Below are positions 22,463-32,194 of a DNA stretch of 64,000 nt, piece after piece (positions within the stretch are counted from its first letter, which is position 1; each line of letters begins with the position of its first letter). The notes beneath the pieces are model-generated. The model had not been told where the DNA came from, ran no database searches, and worked only from the letters and a program-made list of their open reading frames with translations. Source of the stretch: Candidatus Omnitrophota bacterium (GTDB taxonomy: Bacteria; Omnitrophota; Gorgyraeia; JAFGHF01); assembly GCA_043805735.1 (NCBI GenBank), contig JAZDHS010000004.1, positions 583-64,582 on the forward strand. Direction: 5' to 3'. Position numbers and translations under genes: made by a program.

Positions 22463-23342
22463 AGAACCTCTAAGCCGCCACACTACCTTAGGCGTGGGTG
22501 GCCGGGTGAAAGTCTGGATTGAGCCGAAGAATATCGCAGAATTAAAAGTGGTGATTTGCCACTGTGCCCGCGGGCAGATTCCTTTTATGGTCATCGGAAA
22601 AGGCTCTAACCTGCTTTTCCACGACCAGGGGTTTAAGGGCGTAGCGATTGCGCTGCGCGCGCCGGAGTTTACCGAGCTCAAGATTAAAGGCAGCCGAGCC
22701 TATTGCGGGGCCGGGGTAGCGGTGGCCGCGCTAATGCGTCAGGCCCAAAAACAGGGACTGGGCGGATTAGAATTTTTAGCCGGTATTCCGGCAACAGTTG
22801 CCGGGGCAATAGTGATGAATGCCGGCACGCCGCTAAAAGGCATTGGCGATCTGGTAGAGAGCGTGCAGGTTATGGATAAAAAAGGCCGCCTAAAAATACT
22901 GCTCAAAAATAAGTTGCATTTTCGCTATCGTTACTCTAACCTGGAGCGCTATATCATTGTCGGTGTAGTTCTGCGGTTGCTTAAAAAAGATCCCGGGGTG
23001 ATCCAAGAAGAAATCAGCGCATTTTTGAAAAAGAAAAGACATGCCCAGGATCTTCAGACCAAAAGCGCGGGCTGTATTTTCAAAAATCCCCACCATACGC
23101 TCTCGGCCGGGGCGATGATTGAATCCTGTGGTTTGAAAGGGATGCGTAAAGGCGGGGCGGAAATATCTTCTATCCATGCTAATTATATTATTAACCGTGA
23201 CCAAGCTCAGGCCGAAGATATTCTATCATTAATAAGAATGGCCCAAAGAGAAGTGCGGAAAAAATTTAAGGTTAGTCTGGAGCCGGAAATCAAGATAATC
23301 GGGCGCCGCGGCGTCCAAACAGGAAAAGGCGACAAAAAGTGA
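22422..23342 (+). CDS. murB: UDP-N-acetylenolpyruvoylglucosamine reductase
   Basis: FAD-binding PCMH domain (HTTLGVGG, GKGSNLL) plus MurB C-domain. The start overlaps murC by ~40 nt and could be later. Confidence 0.85.
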   Translation: MYWLKRLKSRINFKEPLSRHTTLGVGGRVKVWIEPKNIAELKVVICHCARGQIPFMVIGKGSNLLFHDQGFKGVAIALRAPEFTELKIKGSRAYCGAGVAVAALMRQAQKQGLGGLEFLAGIPATVAGAIVMNAGTPLKGIGDLVESVQVMDKKGRLKILLKNKLHFRYRYSNLERYIIVGVVLRLLKKDPGVIQEEISAFLKKKRHAQDLQTKSAGCIFKNPHHTLSAGAMIESCGLKGMRKGGAEISSIHANYIINRDQAQAEDILSLIRMAQREVRKKFKVSLEPEIKIIGRRGVQTGKGDKK

Positions 23343-24250
23343 ACAAGAAACTCAGGCGTGTAGGCGTGCTGATGGGTGGCCCCTCAAGCGAACGTGACAT
23401 TTCGCTCAAATCCGGCTGGGCCGTATATCGCGCGCTCAAAGAGAAAGGCGTGGCGGTAGTAGCGATTGATGTTCGTGCCAACGCTAAAGCGCAAGTAAGA
23501 AAGGCCGATATCTCTTGCGCCTTTGTTGCCCTGCACGGTAAATTTGGCGAAGACGGCACGATCCAAAAGATGCTGGAGTCACTCGAAATACCCTACACGG
23601 GTTCAGGGGTGATTGCCAGCTACCTTTGCTTAGATAAGGTGGCCTCGCGGCGCATTTTTCAGCATTACTATATCCCAGTTCCTGAATTTGAGGTGTTGCA
23701 TCGCCGCGCAAAAAAATCCCGGCAAAATATATCCTTGGCCTTTCCAGTAGTGTTAAAACCATCAAACCAGGGCTCGAGCATTGGCGTAACCTGTGTAAGC
23801 AAACGGGCGCAGTTCAGAAAAGCGTTAGATTTGGCTTTTGAATATGACGATACGGTTATTGTAGAAAAATATCTTCCCGGGCGGGAAATTACTGTCGGTG
23901 TCTTAGACGATACGCCGCTACCGGTGGTGGAAATAATTCCCAAAGAGAAGTTTTTTAATTTCCAAGCGAAATACGAAAAAGGTAAAACCAAATATGTTGT
24001 ACCGGCTAAGCTGTCTACGGGGCAATTTAAAGAAGCGCAGCGGCTTGGTCTTTTAGCGCACCAGGTTCTGGGTTGCCGCGGTTTTTCCCGTGCGGATATA
24101 ATTTTAAGTAGAGGCACGCCCTTCGTGTTAGAAGTAAACAGTATCCCGGGACTCACCGAAACCTCTCTTTTGCCAATGGCCGCTGGTGCCATCGGAATTT
24201 CTTTTCCCAATCTCTGTTTAAAAATTTTGCATTCCGCAGACAAAAGTTAA
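23339..24250 (+). CDS. ddl: D-alanine--D-alanine ligase
   Basis: ATP-grasp fold with Ddl motifs (HGKFGEDG, EVNSIPG). Confidence 0.9.
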   Translation: MNKKLRRVGVLMGGPSSERDISLKSGWAVYRALKEKGVAVVAIDVRANAKAQVRKADISCAFVALHGKFGEDGTIQKMLESLEIPYTGSGVIASYLCLDKVASRRIFQHYYIPVPEFEVLHRRAKKSRQNISLAFPVVLKPSNQGSSIGVTCVSKRAQFRKALDLAFEYDDTVIVEKYLPGREITVGVLDDTPLPVVEIIPKEKFFNFQAKYEKGKTKYVVPAKLSTGQFKEAQRLGLLAHQVLGCRGFSRADIILSRGTPFVLEVNSIPGLTETSLLPMAAGAIGISFPNLCLKILHSADKS

Positions 24251-24261
24251 AAGGAAGGACA

Positions 24262-25092
24262 ATGCCGGATTACAAAAAGTTAATAAAAATGAGGATGAGG
24301 AGAAGAGCGCCTGGCCGTAGAGTCCGGCCAGGTTCAGCGCTTAATCCACGCACGAAAATAATCTTTGCCGGGGTGATGACCTTGGCCTTGTGTATAGCCG
24401 TGGCAGTATATGTCGCGCTGGGTGTGCGCTCTTTTTTATTGGATTCGCCCGTCTTTACCATCGATACACTTTATGTCATGAGTGCCGATGAACAGCCGAT
24501 CGTAAATGCCGAAGAGATCATCAACGTCGAGCGCTTAGGTGAAAACAGACATTTGTTGCGCTATGATGTCAAGAAGCTGATGCGCGATATCCAGGCTAGG
24601 CACCCCGAATTGGCAACGGTAGTGGTGCGTAAACAGTTTCCCAGTGCCTTAATTATCACCATAAGAAAACGTATTCCCGTGGTCATTGTCGGTAATAATC
24701 TCTGCGTGGTCGATAAAGAAGGTTTTGCCCTGCCGTTCAATCAGGAATACGCGCTGTTGCCTAAAATTAGCGGAATTCATTCCGCGCAGGTTCCGCTGGC
24801 CGCCAAGAGTGGTTCGTTACGCCTAGAAAAGGCGCTGGCGCTTCTTATCGCCTTGGAGGAAGCGGGGATTTATCCTGCACGCAAGGTATCGCGGATTGAT
24901 GTGGGTGACTTTTCCCAGGTGTTGTTTTATTTCGACGATAACACCGAAGTAAAAATGGGGGGAGATGAATTCGCGCAAAAAGCGAAAGTCTTGAAAGGTA
25001 TTTTACAGCGGCTAAAAAAAGAAAAAGATTTGACGCCCAAATATATTGACATGCGTTTTGGTAATCCCGCTGTGCTACCGCAGGAAAAATAA
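24262..25092 (+). CDS. ftsQ: Cell division protein FtsQ/DivIB
   Basis: Single TM segment followed by POTRA and FtsQ beta-domain-like sequence, between ddl and ftsA. Confidence 0.8.
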   Translation: MPDYKKLIKMRMRRRAPGRRVRPGSALNPRTKIIFAGVMTLALCIAVAVYVALGVRSFLLDSPVFTIDTLYVMSADEQPIVNAEEIINVERLGENRHLLRYDVKKLMRDIQARHPELATVVVRKQFPSALIITIRKRIPVVIVGNNLCVVDKEGFALPFNQEYALLPKISGIHSAQVPLAAKSGSLRLEKALALLIALEEAGIYPARKVSRIDVGDFSQVLFYFDDNTEVKMGGDEFAQKAKVLKGILQRLKKEKDLTPKYIDMRFGNPAVLPQEK

Positions 25093-25096
25093 ACCG

Positions 25097-26308
25097 ATGA
25101 TTAAAAACCGCCGGATCTGCGCCTTGGATGTGGGCACGCATAAGATTGCCGCGCTCTGCGCGAAAATCGACCGCTGGGGCATAGTTCAGGTTGAAGGTTT
25201 CCAGAAAATTTCCACCCAAGGGATTAATGCCGGACAAATTACCGATGCCGGAAAGCTCAGTGCCGCTATCGATGAGGTAATGCGGCAGTTGTGTAAGATG
25301 TCCGGCATCAGGGTGCGCCGGGTGCTGGTCAATTTTGACTGCCCGGACTTAAAGATGCATTTACAGCAAGGAGTCCTGGATTCCCGCCAAGACTGGCGAG
25401 CGAAAAAATTTTACCTGCGCCGGATGCTTAATACATATGTTTGTTCAACTTTGCCTAAACAGCGCAAACTGGTGCGCGTGGATTTTAAACAACGCGCCAT
25501 CATCGATGCCCAAACAGAGGAACCGGTAGTTGATATTGTGATGCTTAGTTCCGCCGCTAGTTCATTTCATGCCTTTGTGCGTTGTTTGGCGCGCGCCCAC
25601 CTGGCTATAGAGGCAGTAGTACCATCAGGGTATGCGCAGATAGTCAGTCTTTTAAAAAGGCACAGGTCGGCCTCGGCCAAGAAGAATATCCTCATTGATT
25701 TTGGCGCGGGGCTAACCAAAATTATTGCTTATGAAAATGGATTAGTGAAAAATATTGTCTATATTTCCACCGGCGCGCAAAATATTACCGCTGGGATCAA
25801 AGATGCCTTAGGGGTTTCTCTCGATGTTGCGGAAAGGCTCAAGCTGGCCTACGGCCGGCTCAATGTCATGCGTAATATTAATATCCAAAGAATCGTGGTC
25901 AACGACCAGGCGCATTATAAAACGGTAGAAACTCAGGCGCTCTACGCCGCTATTGCCGCAAAAATTGAGGAGCTTTTGGAGCCTACCCGCAGGGCGCTTC
26001 AACAGAGCCTCACCGACGGAGTTAATCCGGTAGAAGAAATTATTGTCACCGGAGGCGGTGCCCTGATGGAAGGATTCCTGGAACGCGCGGAAGCGGTCTT
26101 GGGTTTACCGGTAAAGATGGGTTTCTTGTATGGCGTCAACGAAAGCCGCCTGCAATCCCAAAGCGCCCTTTATGCGACGCTGGTAGGTTTGGTCCGCTAT
26201 GGGGCCTTATTAAGAGACCGCAAAGATAAACTATTGGTCCGGGCCGGGGTCGGGGTAGTCGACGATATGATCAGCCGGGCCAGCAAGCTCTACTACGAGT
26301 ATTTCTAA
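25097..26308 (+). CDS. ftsA: Cell division protein FtsA
   Basis: Actin-like ATPase motifs (ALDVGT, IDFGAG, VTGGGA). ATG 25097 follows the ftsQ stop. The listed ORF start at 25046 lies inside ftsQ. Confidence 0.9.
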   Translation: MIKNRRICALDVGTHKIAALCAKIDRWGIVQVEGFQKISTQGINAGQITDAGKLSAAIDEVMRQLCKMSGIRVRRVLVNFDCPDLKMHLQQGVLDSRQDWRAKKFYLRRMLNTYVCSTLPKQRKLVRVDFKQRAIIDAQTEEPVVDIVMLSSAASSFHAFVRCLARAHLAIEAVVPSGYAQIVSLLKRHRSASAKKNILIDFGAGLTKIIAYENGLVKNIVYISTGAQNITAGIKDALGVSLDVAERLKLAYGRLNVMRNINIQRIVVNDQAHYKTVETQALYAAIAAKIEELLEPTRRALQQSLTDGVNPVEEIIVTGGGALMEGFLERAEAVLGLPVKMGFLYGVNESRLQSQSALYATLVGLVRYGALLRDRKDKLLVRAGVGVVDDMISRASKLYYEYF

Positions 26309-26419
26309 CTCCTTCAACCGTAGCCATAAGGGACTGTCCCCTCCCAATTCTACACCCAATCAGGGGGACTGTCCCATTACACAGATAAGCGTTGCCTTGG
26401 TAGTTAAGCCAAAGCGTCG

Positions 26420-26448
26420 TTGACAGAGAAATGCTTTTGTGCTACATT
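26420..26448 (+). promoter_or_regulatory. Sigma70-like promoter (TTGACA-17-TACATT) for proC
   Basis: -35 TTGACA at about 26420-26425, 17-nt spacer, -10 TACATT. Confidence 0.45.
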
Positions 26449-26478
26449 ATACTGATGTTTTTACGAGAAAGTCAGGTG

Positions 26479-27285
26479 ATGGCAGTGAAAATTGGTATTA
26501 TTGGCTGTGGTAATATGGGCAGCGCGCTGTTACGCGGAATTTTAGCCAAACGCTTGGCCCCTAACCAAGCCATTTTCTGTTTTGATAAAGACCGCAATAA
26601 GCTTAAAGGCGTGCGCGCCCAATTTTCGATCACCGTCTGTGCTTCTATTAGCGAGCTGGTGCGTAAAAGTGAGGTAATTATAGTTGCGGTCAAGCCTGGT
26701 GATGTTGCGCTGGTACTTGCGGATTTCACCGGTTCGCTGGAGGGTAAACTGATTGTTTCCGTCTGCGCCGGAATACCGACGCGGATGTATGAACGTGTCT
26801 TGGGTAAAGTAGCGGTAGCCCGGGTAATGCCGAATCTGCCGGCGCAAATTGGCCAAGGCATTTCCGCGTTATCAATGGGTAGATTCACCGGGGCCAGGCA
26901 AAAGAAGACGGCGCTTTTACTTTTATCCGCCGTTGGCGAGGTAGTGGAAGTAAAGGAACATTTAATTAATGCCGTAACCGCGATTAGCGGTTCCGGTCCG
27001 GCCTTTTTCTTTTATTTAGCTGAACTAATGATTGCGACGGCGCGGCAATTAGGCCTTGATGAAACTACGGCGAAAAGGTTAGTGCTTAAGACAGCGCTCG
27101 GAAGCGCATTGCTGCTTGAACAAACAACTCAAAGACCGCAGGTATTACGCCAACTCGTTACTTCCAAAGAAGGCACGACTGAGGCGGCTTTCAAGGTGCT
27201 CACGAAAAAAAAGATTCAGAGTATTTTCACCCTGGCAATTAAGGCTGCGGCTAAAAGAGCTAAAGGCCTGGAAAAAACCAGGTGA
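26479..27285 (+). CDS. proC: Pyrroline-5-carboxylate reductase
   Basis: N-terminal NADP Rossmann fold (IGIIGCGNMG) and P5CR C-terminal dimerisation domain. The listed ORF start at 26431 runs through the promoter. ATG 26479 is preferred. Confidence 0.9.
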   Translation: MAVKIGIIGCGNMGSALLRGILAKRLAPNQAIFCFDKDRNKLKGVRAQFSITVCASISELVRKSEVIIVAVKPGDVALVLADFTGSLEGKLIVSVCAGIPTRMYERVLGKVAVARVMPNLPAQIGQGISALSMGRFTGARQKKTALLLLSAVGEVVEVKEHLINAVTAISGSGPAFFFYLAELMIATARQLGLDETTAKRLVLKTALGSALLLEQTTQRPQVLRQLVTSKEGTTEAAFKVLTKKKIQSIFTLAIKAAAKRAKGLEKTR

Positions 27286-27506
27286 TGAGATATTCTATCC
27301 GCTTGCATCCCGGGGCATCTCAAAATAAACTACTCAAAGATCCTGTAAGGCAGTCTATCGATGTCTATGTTACCAAAAAGCCATATCATGGCCAGGCGAA
27401 CCAGGCGCTGAAAGAATTATTAGCTGAAGAATTTGATGTAGCGCCTTCGAGAATAAAAATTGTGCAGGGTGAAAAATCGCGGTTTAAAATAGTCGAGATA
27501 GAATAG
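27282..27506 (+). CDS. DUF167 (YggU/UPF0235) family protein
   Basis: 74 aa with the pattern typical of YggU-like proteins (HPGASQNKL...IDVYVTKKPYHGQANQAL). Confidence 0.75.
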   Translation: MMRYSIRLHPGASQNKLLKDPVRQSIDVYVTKKPYHGQANQALKELLAEEFDVAPSRIKIVQGEKSRFKIVEIE

Positions 27507-27517
27507 GGGTAAGCAAA

Positions 27518-28375
27518 ATGGCGCGTATCGGTATCATTGGCGGCAGCGGCTTGTATGACCTTGAGGGCATGGTGGTGAAAGAAAGATTAGCCTTGGATAC
27601 TCCTTTTGGCCGGCCTTCGGCTGAATTTACTATCGGGACCTTGGAAGGAAAAGAAATCGTGTTTTTACCGCGGCACGGAAAGAGCCACACGATTTCTCCG
27701 AGTGAAATTAATTTTCCGGCCAATATTTATGGTCTGAAAAAACTGGGTGTGGAACGGATTATTTCCGTCTGCGCGGTGGGCAGCTTAAAAAAGGAAATTA
27801 AACCGTGTGATTTCTTAATTCCCGACCAATTTGTCGACTGGACTAATCAGGCCCGCAAGACGACCTTTTTTGAAAAAGGGATTGTTGCACATGTTGCTTT
27901 CGCCGATCCGGTCTGCCCAACCGTTAGCCAGGCTTTGCTCAAGGCCGCCAAGGCGCTGAAGGTTAGGGCCCACGCTAAAGGAACATATTTAAATATGGAA
28001 GGGCCGGCATTTTCCACACGCGCCGAGTCGCACCTTTACCGCAGTTGGGGTATGGATATCATCGGTATGACCAATATGGCCGAAGCCAGGCTCACCCGCG
28101 AGGCTGAAATATGCTATGCCGCTTTGGCGATGATTACCGATTACGACTGCTGGTATGCCAGCGAAGAGAAGGTGAGCGTAGATTTAATTTTGGCAAATTT
28201 TAAAAAAAGCGTGGAAAACGCCAAAAAATTACTCAGAAAAGCGATTGTCGCCATGCCCACCAAAAGAGACTGTCTCTGCTGCGGGGCCTTGCAGGGCGCA
28301 ATTGTCACCGCGCCTGAGGCTATTTCTCCGGAAATAAAAAAGAAGCTGGATATTATCATTGGTAAATATGTATGA
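27518..28375 (+). CDS. mtnP: S-methyl-5'-thioadenosine phosphorylase / purine nucleoside phosphorylase
   Basis: PNP/MTAP family with GIIGGSGL at the N-terminus and the phosphate and ribose site motifs. Confidence 0.9.
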   Translation: MARIGIIGGSGLYDLEGMVVKERLALDTPFGRPSAEFTIGTLEGKEIVFLPRHGKSHTISPSEINFPANIYGLKKLGVERIISVCAVGSLKKEIKPCDFLIPDQFVDWTNQARKTTFFEKGIVAHVAFADPVCPTVSQALLKAAKALKVRAHAKGTYLNMEGPAFSTRAESHLYRSWGMDIIGMTNMAEARLTREAEICYAALAMITDYDCWYASEEKVSVDLILANFKKSVENAKKLLRKAIVAMPTKRDCLCCGALQGAIVTAPEAISPEIKKKLDIIIGKYV

Positions 28376-28499
28376 ACCCCGCCCTTCCTAAACAAGTAAT
28401 GCATAACAAGTAAAAGCACAGCAAAAAGGTTTAAGTAATGCAGATAAAATTAAGCAGAAGTAATAGTTATATTGGCAATGCCGGGAAAGGAAGGGCGGG

Positions 28500-31334
28500 G
28501 TGAATTATAAAGAAACGCTCAGCCTTCCCAAGACCACTTTCCCGATGCAGGCCAAGCTCAAAGAGCTGGAACCGCGAATGCTCTCTTTCTGGCAGGCCGA
28601 GGATATCTACGCGGCGATGCGCCAACAAGCAAAAGGCCGGCCGAAATATATCTTGCACGACGGGCCGCCCTATGCCAACGGCGATATTCATATCGGCCAT
28701 GCCCTGAATAAAATTCTTAAAGATTTTGTCGTAAAATATAAGGCCTTGCGTGGTTTTGATGTGCCGTTTGTGCCGGGTTGGGATTGCCACGGCCTTCCGG
28801 TGGAACATCAGCTGTTTAAGGAATTAGGGATTACCAAACATCAGATTGACCGGGTCCAATTTAGAAAAAAGGCGAGAGACTTCGCGCTGCGATTCGTAAA
28901 TATTCAGCGTGAGCAGTTCAAAAGGTTAGGACTGTTTGCTGAGTGGGAACACCCTTATTTAACCTTGGACCCGGCCTATGAAGCGGAGATTCTACGCGCC
29001 TTCGCCCGACTGGTTAAGGACGGCTATATTTATCATGGCCTCAAGCCGATTAATTGGTGTATGGGCTGTGAGACGGCATTGGCGGAGGCAGAGGTGGAAT
29101 ATGAGGATCGCCGCTCGCCTTCCATTTTTGTCAAGTTTAAACTCCTCGGTGCGGAAAAAATTAGTATTTTGCGTCTTCCTCAGGAGCAGGAGACCTACTT
29201 TTTAATCTGGACAACTACGCCCTGGACGCTGTTGGCCAATGTGGCCATTGCCGTTCATCCCGAGTTTGAGTATAGCCTGGTAAGAGTGCGTACTAAAACC
29301 GGTGAGAGCGAGGCCTATCTTCTGGCCAGCGCGCGGGTAGCGGCAGTAATGCGCGAAACCGGTATCAGCGAATATGAGACGCTAGCTAGCATTAAGGGGG
29401 CAAAACTGGAAGGAATTCTCACTGGCCATCCTTTCGTTGAACGCCAGGCCCAAGTAGTGCTCGCCGACTATGTCTCCAGCGAGGAAGGTACCGGATGTGT
29501 CCATACGGCGCCGGGACACGGTGAAGAAGATTATCTGACCGGATTAAAATATAAGCTTCCGGTGATTATGCCGGTCGATGAAAAAGGAAAATTTGACCGC
29601 ACGGTGGGTGAGTTTTCCGGAATGGATGTCTTAAAGGCCAATGATGCGATTATTCAAAAAATGAAAACCAACGGCATGCTGCTTTACGCCGGCGATATTC
29701 TCCATTCTTATCCGCACTGTTGGAGATGCAAATCTCCGTTGATTACCCGCAGTACTCGGCAGTGGTTTATTAATGTGGAGCACAAGGGGTTAAGAAAAAG
29801 AGCCCTGGAAGTGATTGACCAGGTGCAATGGATTCCCGAATCCGCTAAAAGCCGGATTTCCGGAATGGTCCGGTCGCGTCCGGATTGGTGCCTTTCCCGG
29901 CAAAGATTTTGGGGTGTGCCGATCCCCGTATTTTACTGTAAGAACTGCGGTAAAGAAATTGTCGAGGCCCAGCTGATCGAAAAGGCCGCCGCGATTGTGG
30001 CCAAGGAAGGAGCGGATGCCTGGTTTATCCGCTCAGCCGAAGAATTAGCCGGAGAAAAGCTGCGTTGTCCGGAGTGTAAAAATGAACAGTGGATTAAGGA
30101 ACAGGATATTATCGATGTCTGGTTTGACTCCGGAGTCAGCCATCAGGCCGTGCTCTTGACCAATAAAGATTTGGGTTTTCCCGCTTCGCTTTACTTGGAA
30201 GGCAGCGACCAGCATCGCGGCTGGTTTCAAACCGCGCTCTTAACCGCGATTCCTTTAACCAATCAAGCGCCTTATCAGACGGTGCTGACACATGGCTTTA
30301 CGGTGGATGGGGAAGGCAAGAAAATGTCCAAGTCCCGTGGGAATGTCATTTCTCCGCAGGAAACCATTGAGCAATACGGGGCGGAAATTTTACGCTTGTG
30401 GGTCGCCTCCTGCGACTATAGCGATGATGTGCGGATTTCTCCGCAAATTCTGGCCAGCATCGCCGATGCCTACCGCAAGATTCGCAATACGATCCGTTTT
30501 CTTTTGGGTAACCTCACTGACTTTACGCCCGATAAAAAGGTGGTTTACGAGGAGCTTTGGGAAATTGACCAGTGGGCCCTATCCTCGTTAGCCTCATTAT
30601 TAAAAGAAATTACCGCTGACTACGAAAATTTTCTCTATTACAAAATGTTTCGCCGGCTCTATAATTTTTGCACCTGTGAAATGTCTTCCTTTTATCTTGA
30701 TATTTTAAAGGACCGCCTCTATACTATGGGCAGGACTTCGCCAGCCCGGCGTTCAGCGCAGACGGCAATGGCGGAGATACTGCTGGCCCTGACCAAGATT
30801 ATGGCCCCGGTGCTTACCTTTACGGCCGAGGAGGTCTGGGCGAATATGGGCGCGATTGCCGGGGAAAAACAACCGCGGTCAATTCTATTAGGCAGTTGGC
30901 CTGATGCTGAAGCCCGCTGGTCTAATCCGGGACTGGAAAGTAAATTTGAACGTCTGGAGAAAATTCGCGCCGCAGTACTTAAGGTTATTGAGACCGAGCG
31001 GGAAAAGGGAATTATCGGCAGCTCTCTGGAGGCACGGGTATCTTTATATGTGCAGGATGATGCGCTTTATCAATTTTTAAAAGAAAACTTAAGGCTGTGG
31101 GAATCTATTTTTATTGTTTCGGCGGTTTCTTTGGAAAAAGTAACTGCCTTTTCTGAAGGCGTCACTGTGAATAACGTTGAGGCTCCTAATTTAGGGGTTA
31201 AGGTGGCGAAAATTGAATACGCTAAGTGCGAACGCTGCTGGAATTACCGCGATTCCGTAGGTAAAATTTCGGGATATCCGCAATTGTGCGAACGATGCGT
31301 TAAAGCGATCGATGAGGAGGAAAAAACAAAATGA
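28500..31334 (+). CDS. ileS: Isoleucine--tRNA ligase
   Basis: 944 aa class I aaRS with HIGH (HIGHAL) and KMSKS (KMSKSRGN), editing domain, and a C-terminal Zn-binding CxxC...CxxC. GTG start. Confidence 0.95.
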   Translation: MNYKETLSLPKTTFPMQAKLKELEPRMLSFWQAEDIYAAMRQQAKGRPKYILHDGPPYANGDIHIGHALNKILKDFVVKYKALRGFDVPFVPGWDCHGLPVEHQLFKELGITKHQIDRVQFRKKARDFALRFVNIQREQFKRLGLFAEWEHPYLTLDPAYEAEILRAFARLVKDGYIYHGLKPINWCMGCETALAEAEVEYEDRRSPSIFVKFKLLGAEKISILRLPQEQETYFLIWTTTPWTLLANVAIAVHPEFEYSLVRVRTKTGESEAYLLASARVAAVMRETGISEYETLASIKGAKLEGILTGHPFVERQAQVVLADYVSSEEGTGCVHTAPGHGEEDYLTGLKYKLPVIMPVDEKGKFDRTVGEFSGMDVLKANDAIIQKMKTNGMLLYAGDILHSYPHCWRCKSPLITRSTRQWFINVEHKGLRKRALEVIDQVQWIPESAKSRISGMVRSRPDWCLSRQRFWGVPIPVFYCKNCGKEIVEAQLIEKAAAIVAKEGADAWFIRSAEELAGEKLRCPECKNEQWIKEQDIIDVWFDSGVSHQAVLLTNKDLGFPASLYLEGSDQHRGWFQTALLTAIPLTNQAPYQTVLTHGFTVDGEGKKMSKSRGNVISPQETIEQYGAEILRLWVASCDYSDDVRISPQILASIADAYRKIRNTIRFLLGNLTDFTPDKKVVYEELWEIDQWALSSLASLLKEITADYENFLYYKMFRRLYNFCTCEMSSFYLDILKDRLYTMGRTSPARRSAQTAMAEILLALTKIMAPVLTFTAEEVWANMGAIAGEKQPRSILLGSWPDAEARWSNPGLESKFERLEKIRAAVLKVIETEREKGIIGSSLEARVSLYVQDDALYQFLKENLRLWESIFIVSAVSLEKVTAFSEGVTVNNVEAPNLGVKVAKIEYAKCERCWNYRDSVGKISGYPQLCERCVKAIDEEEKTK

Positions 31335-31720
31335 ACAAAAAGGCCCTGGAGAAGTACAAGAAACTACTGTTAAAAATGCGTGAAGAGATTGTCGAAGAAA
31401 TGGATTCGATTACCAAAGATACGCTCAACAAATCACAAAGAGAGGCTTCCGGAGACCTCTCGGGGTACGCCTTTCATATGGCCGATGCCGCTACCGATAA
31501 TTACGATCGCGAATTCTCGCTCAACCTGGCCTCGGATAACCAGAAGATTGTCTATGCTATTGACGAGGCGCTGGCAAGAATTAAAGAGAAGACTTATGGC
31601 CTTTGCCTGGAATGCGGCGCCGAAATTACCCGCAAACGCCTGCAGGCCGTACCGCATACGACACTCTGCATCGCTTGTCAGCGCAGTGAAGAGGTCAAGA
31701 AAAAACAGAAGGCCGAATAA
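31331..31720 (+). CDS. DksA/TraR-family C4 zinc-finger protein
   Basis: 129 aa ending in the DksA/TraR zinc finger CLECGAEI...CIACQ. Occupies the ribF-like slot in the ileS-lspA operon. Confidence 0.8.
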   Translation: MNKKALEKYKKLLLKMREEIVEEMDSITKDTLNKSQREASGDLSGYAFHMADAATDNYDREFSLNLASDNQKIVYAIDEALARIKEKTYGLCLECGAEITRKRLQAVPHTTLCIACQRSEEVKKKQKAE

Positions 31721-31735
31721 ACTCACCAGGCGCGT

Positions 31736-32194
31736 ATGGTTGTTTTTGTTATTGCCGGCGTTATAGTTGCTCTGGATCAGCTGACCAAGTATATGGTTTG
31801 GCATATACTGGCTCCGGGTGAGTCCTTACCGATAGTAAATCACGTCTTTCATCTTAGCCTCGTTTTGAATCGCGGTTTTGCCTTTGGCTTATTTGCTAAA
31901 GCGCACCCGATCTTTATTTGGGCTCTCTATGGCGCGGTGATTATTCTGGCCGCGGCTGTTTTGTGCCGTCAGGGCGGCCTTTTCCCGAAGAAGTCGACGC
32001 GTATTTTTTTAACCCTGATCGCGGCGGGAGCGCTCGGTAATTTGATTGACCGGATACGCTTTAGCGCGGTAATTGATTTTTTGGATTTTCGGATTTGGCC
32101 AGTCTTTAATCTTGCTGATTCGGCAATTACTGTGGGAGTGAGCCTTTTATTATGGCAATTGTTTATCCACCAGCAAACCCAACCTAAACAATGA
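31736..32194 (+). CDS. lspA: Lipoprotein signal peptidase II
   Basis: Four-TM protein with conserved LspA motifs (NxGxAFG-like NRGFAFGL, FNLAD). Confidence 0.9.
   Translation: MVVFVIAGVIVALDQLTKYMVWHILAPGESLPIVNHVFHLSLVLNRGFAFGLFAKAHPIFIWALYGAVIILAAAVLCRQGGLFPKKSTRIFLTLIAAGALGNLIDRIRFSAVIDFLDFRIWPVFNLADSAITVGVSLLLWQLFIHQQTQPKQ

Noticed and set aside
28376-28500. T-box riboswitch upstream of ileS
   Set aside because: A T-box consensus (AATTAGGGTGGNACCGCG-like) and specifier-loop arrangement were looked for and not seen. Only the long-range inverted repeat is reported.
28978-30591. + strand ORFs 28978..29205 and 30292..30591 inside ileS
   Set aside because: Alternative frames of a 944-aa aaRS with intact HIGH/KMSKS. 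Shadow ORFs.
31380-31766. + strand ORF overlapping the DksA-like gene in another frame
   Set aside because: The DksA/TraR zinc-finger frame is clearly the coding one.
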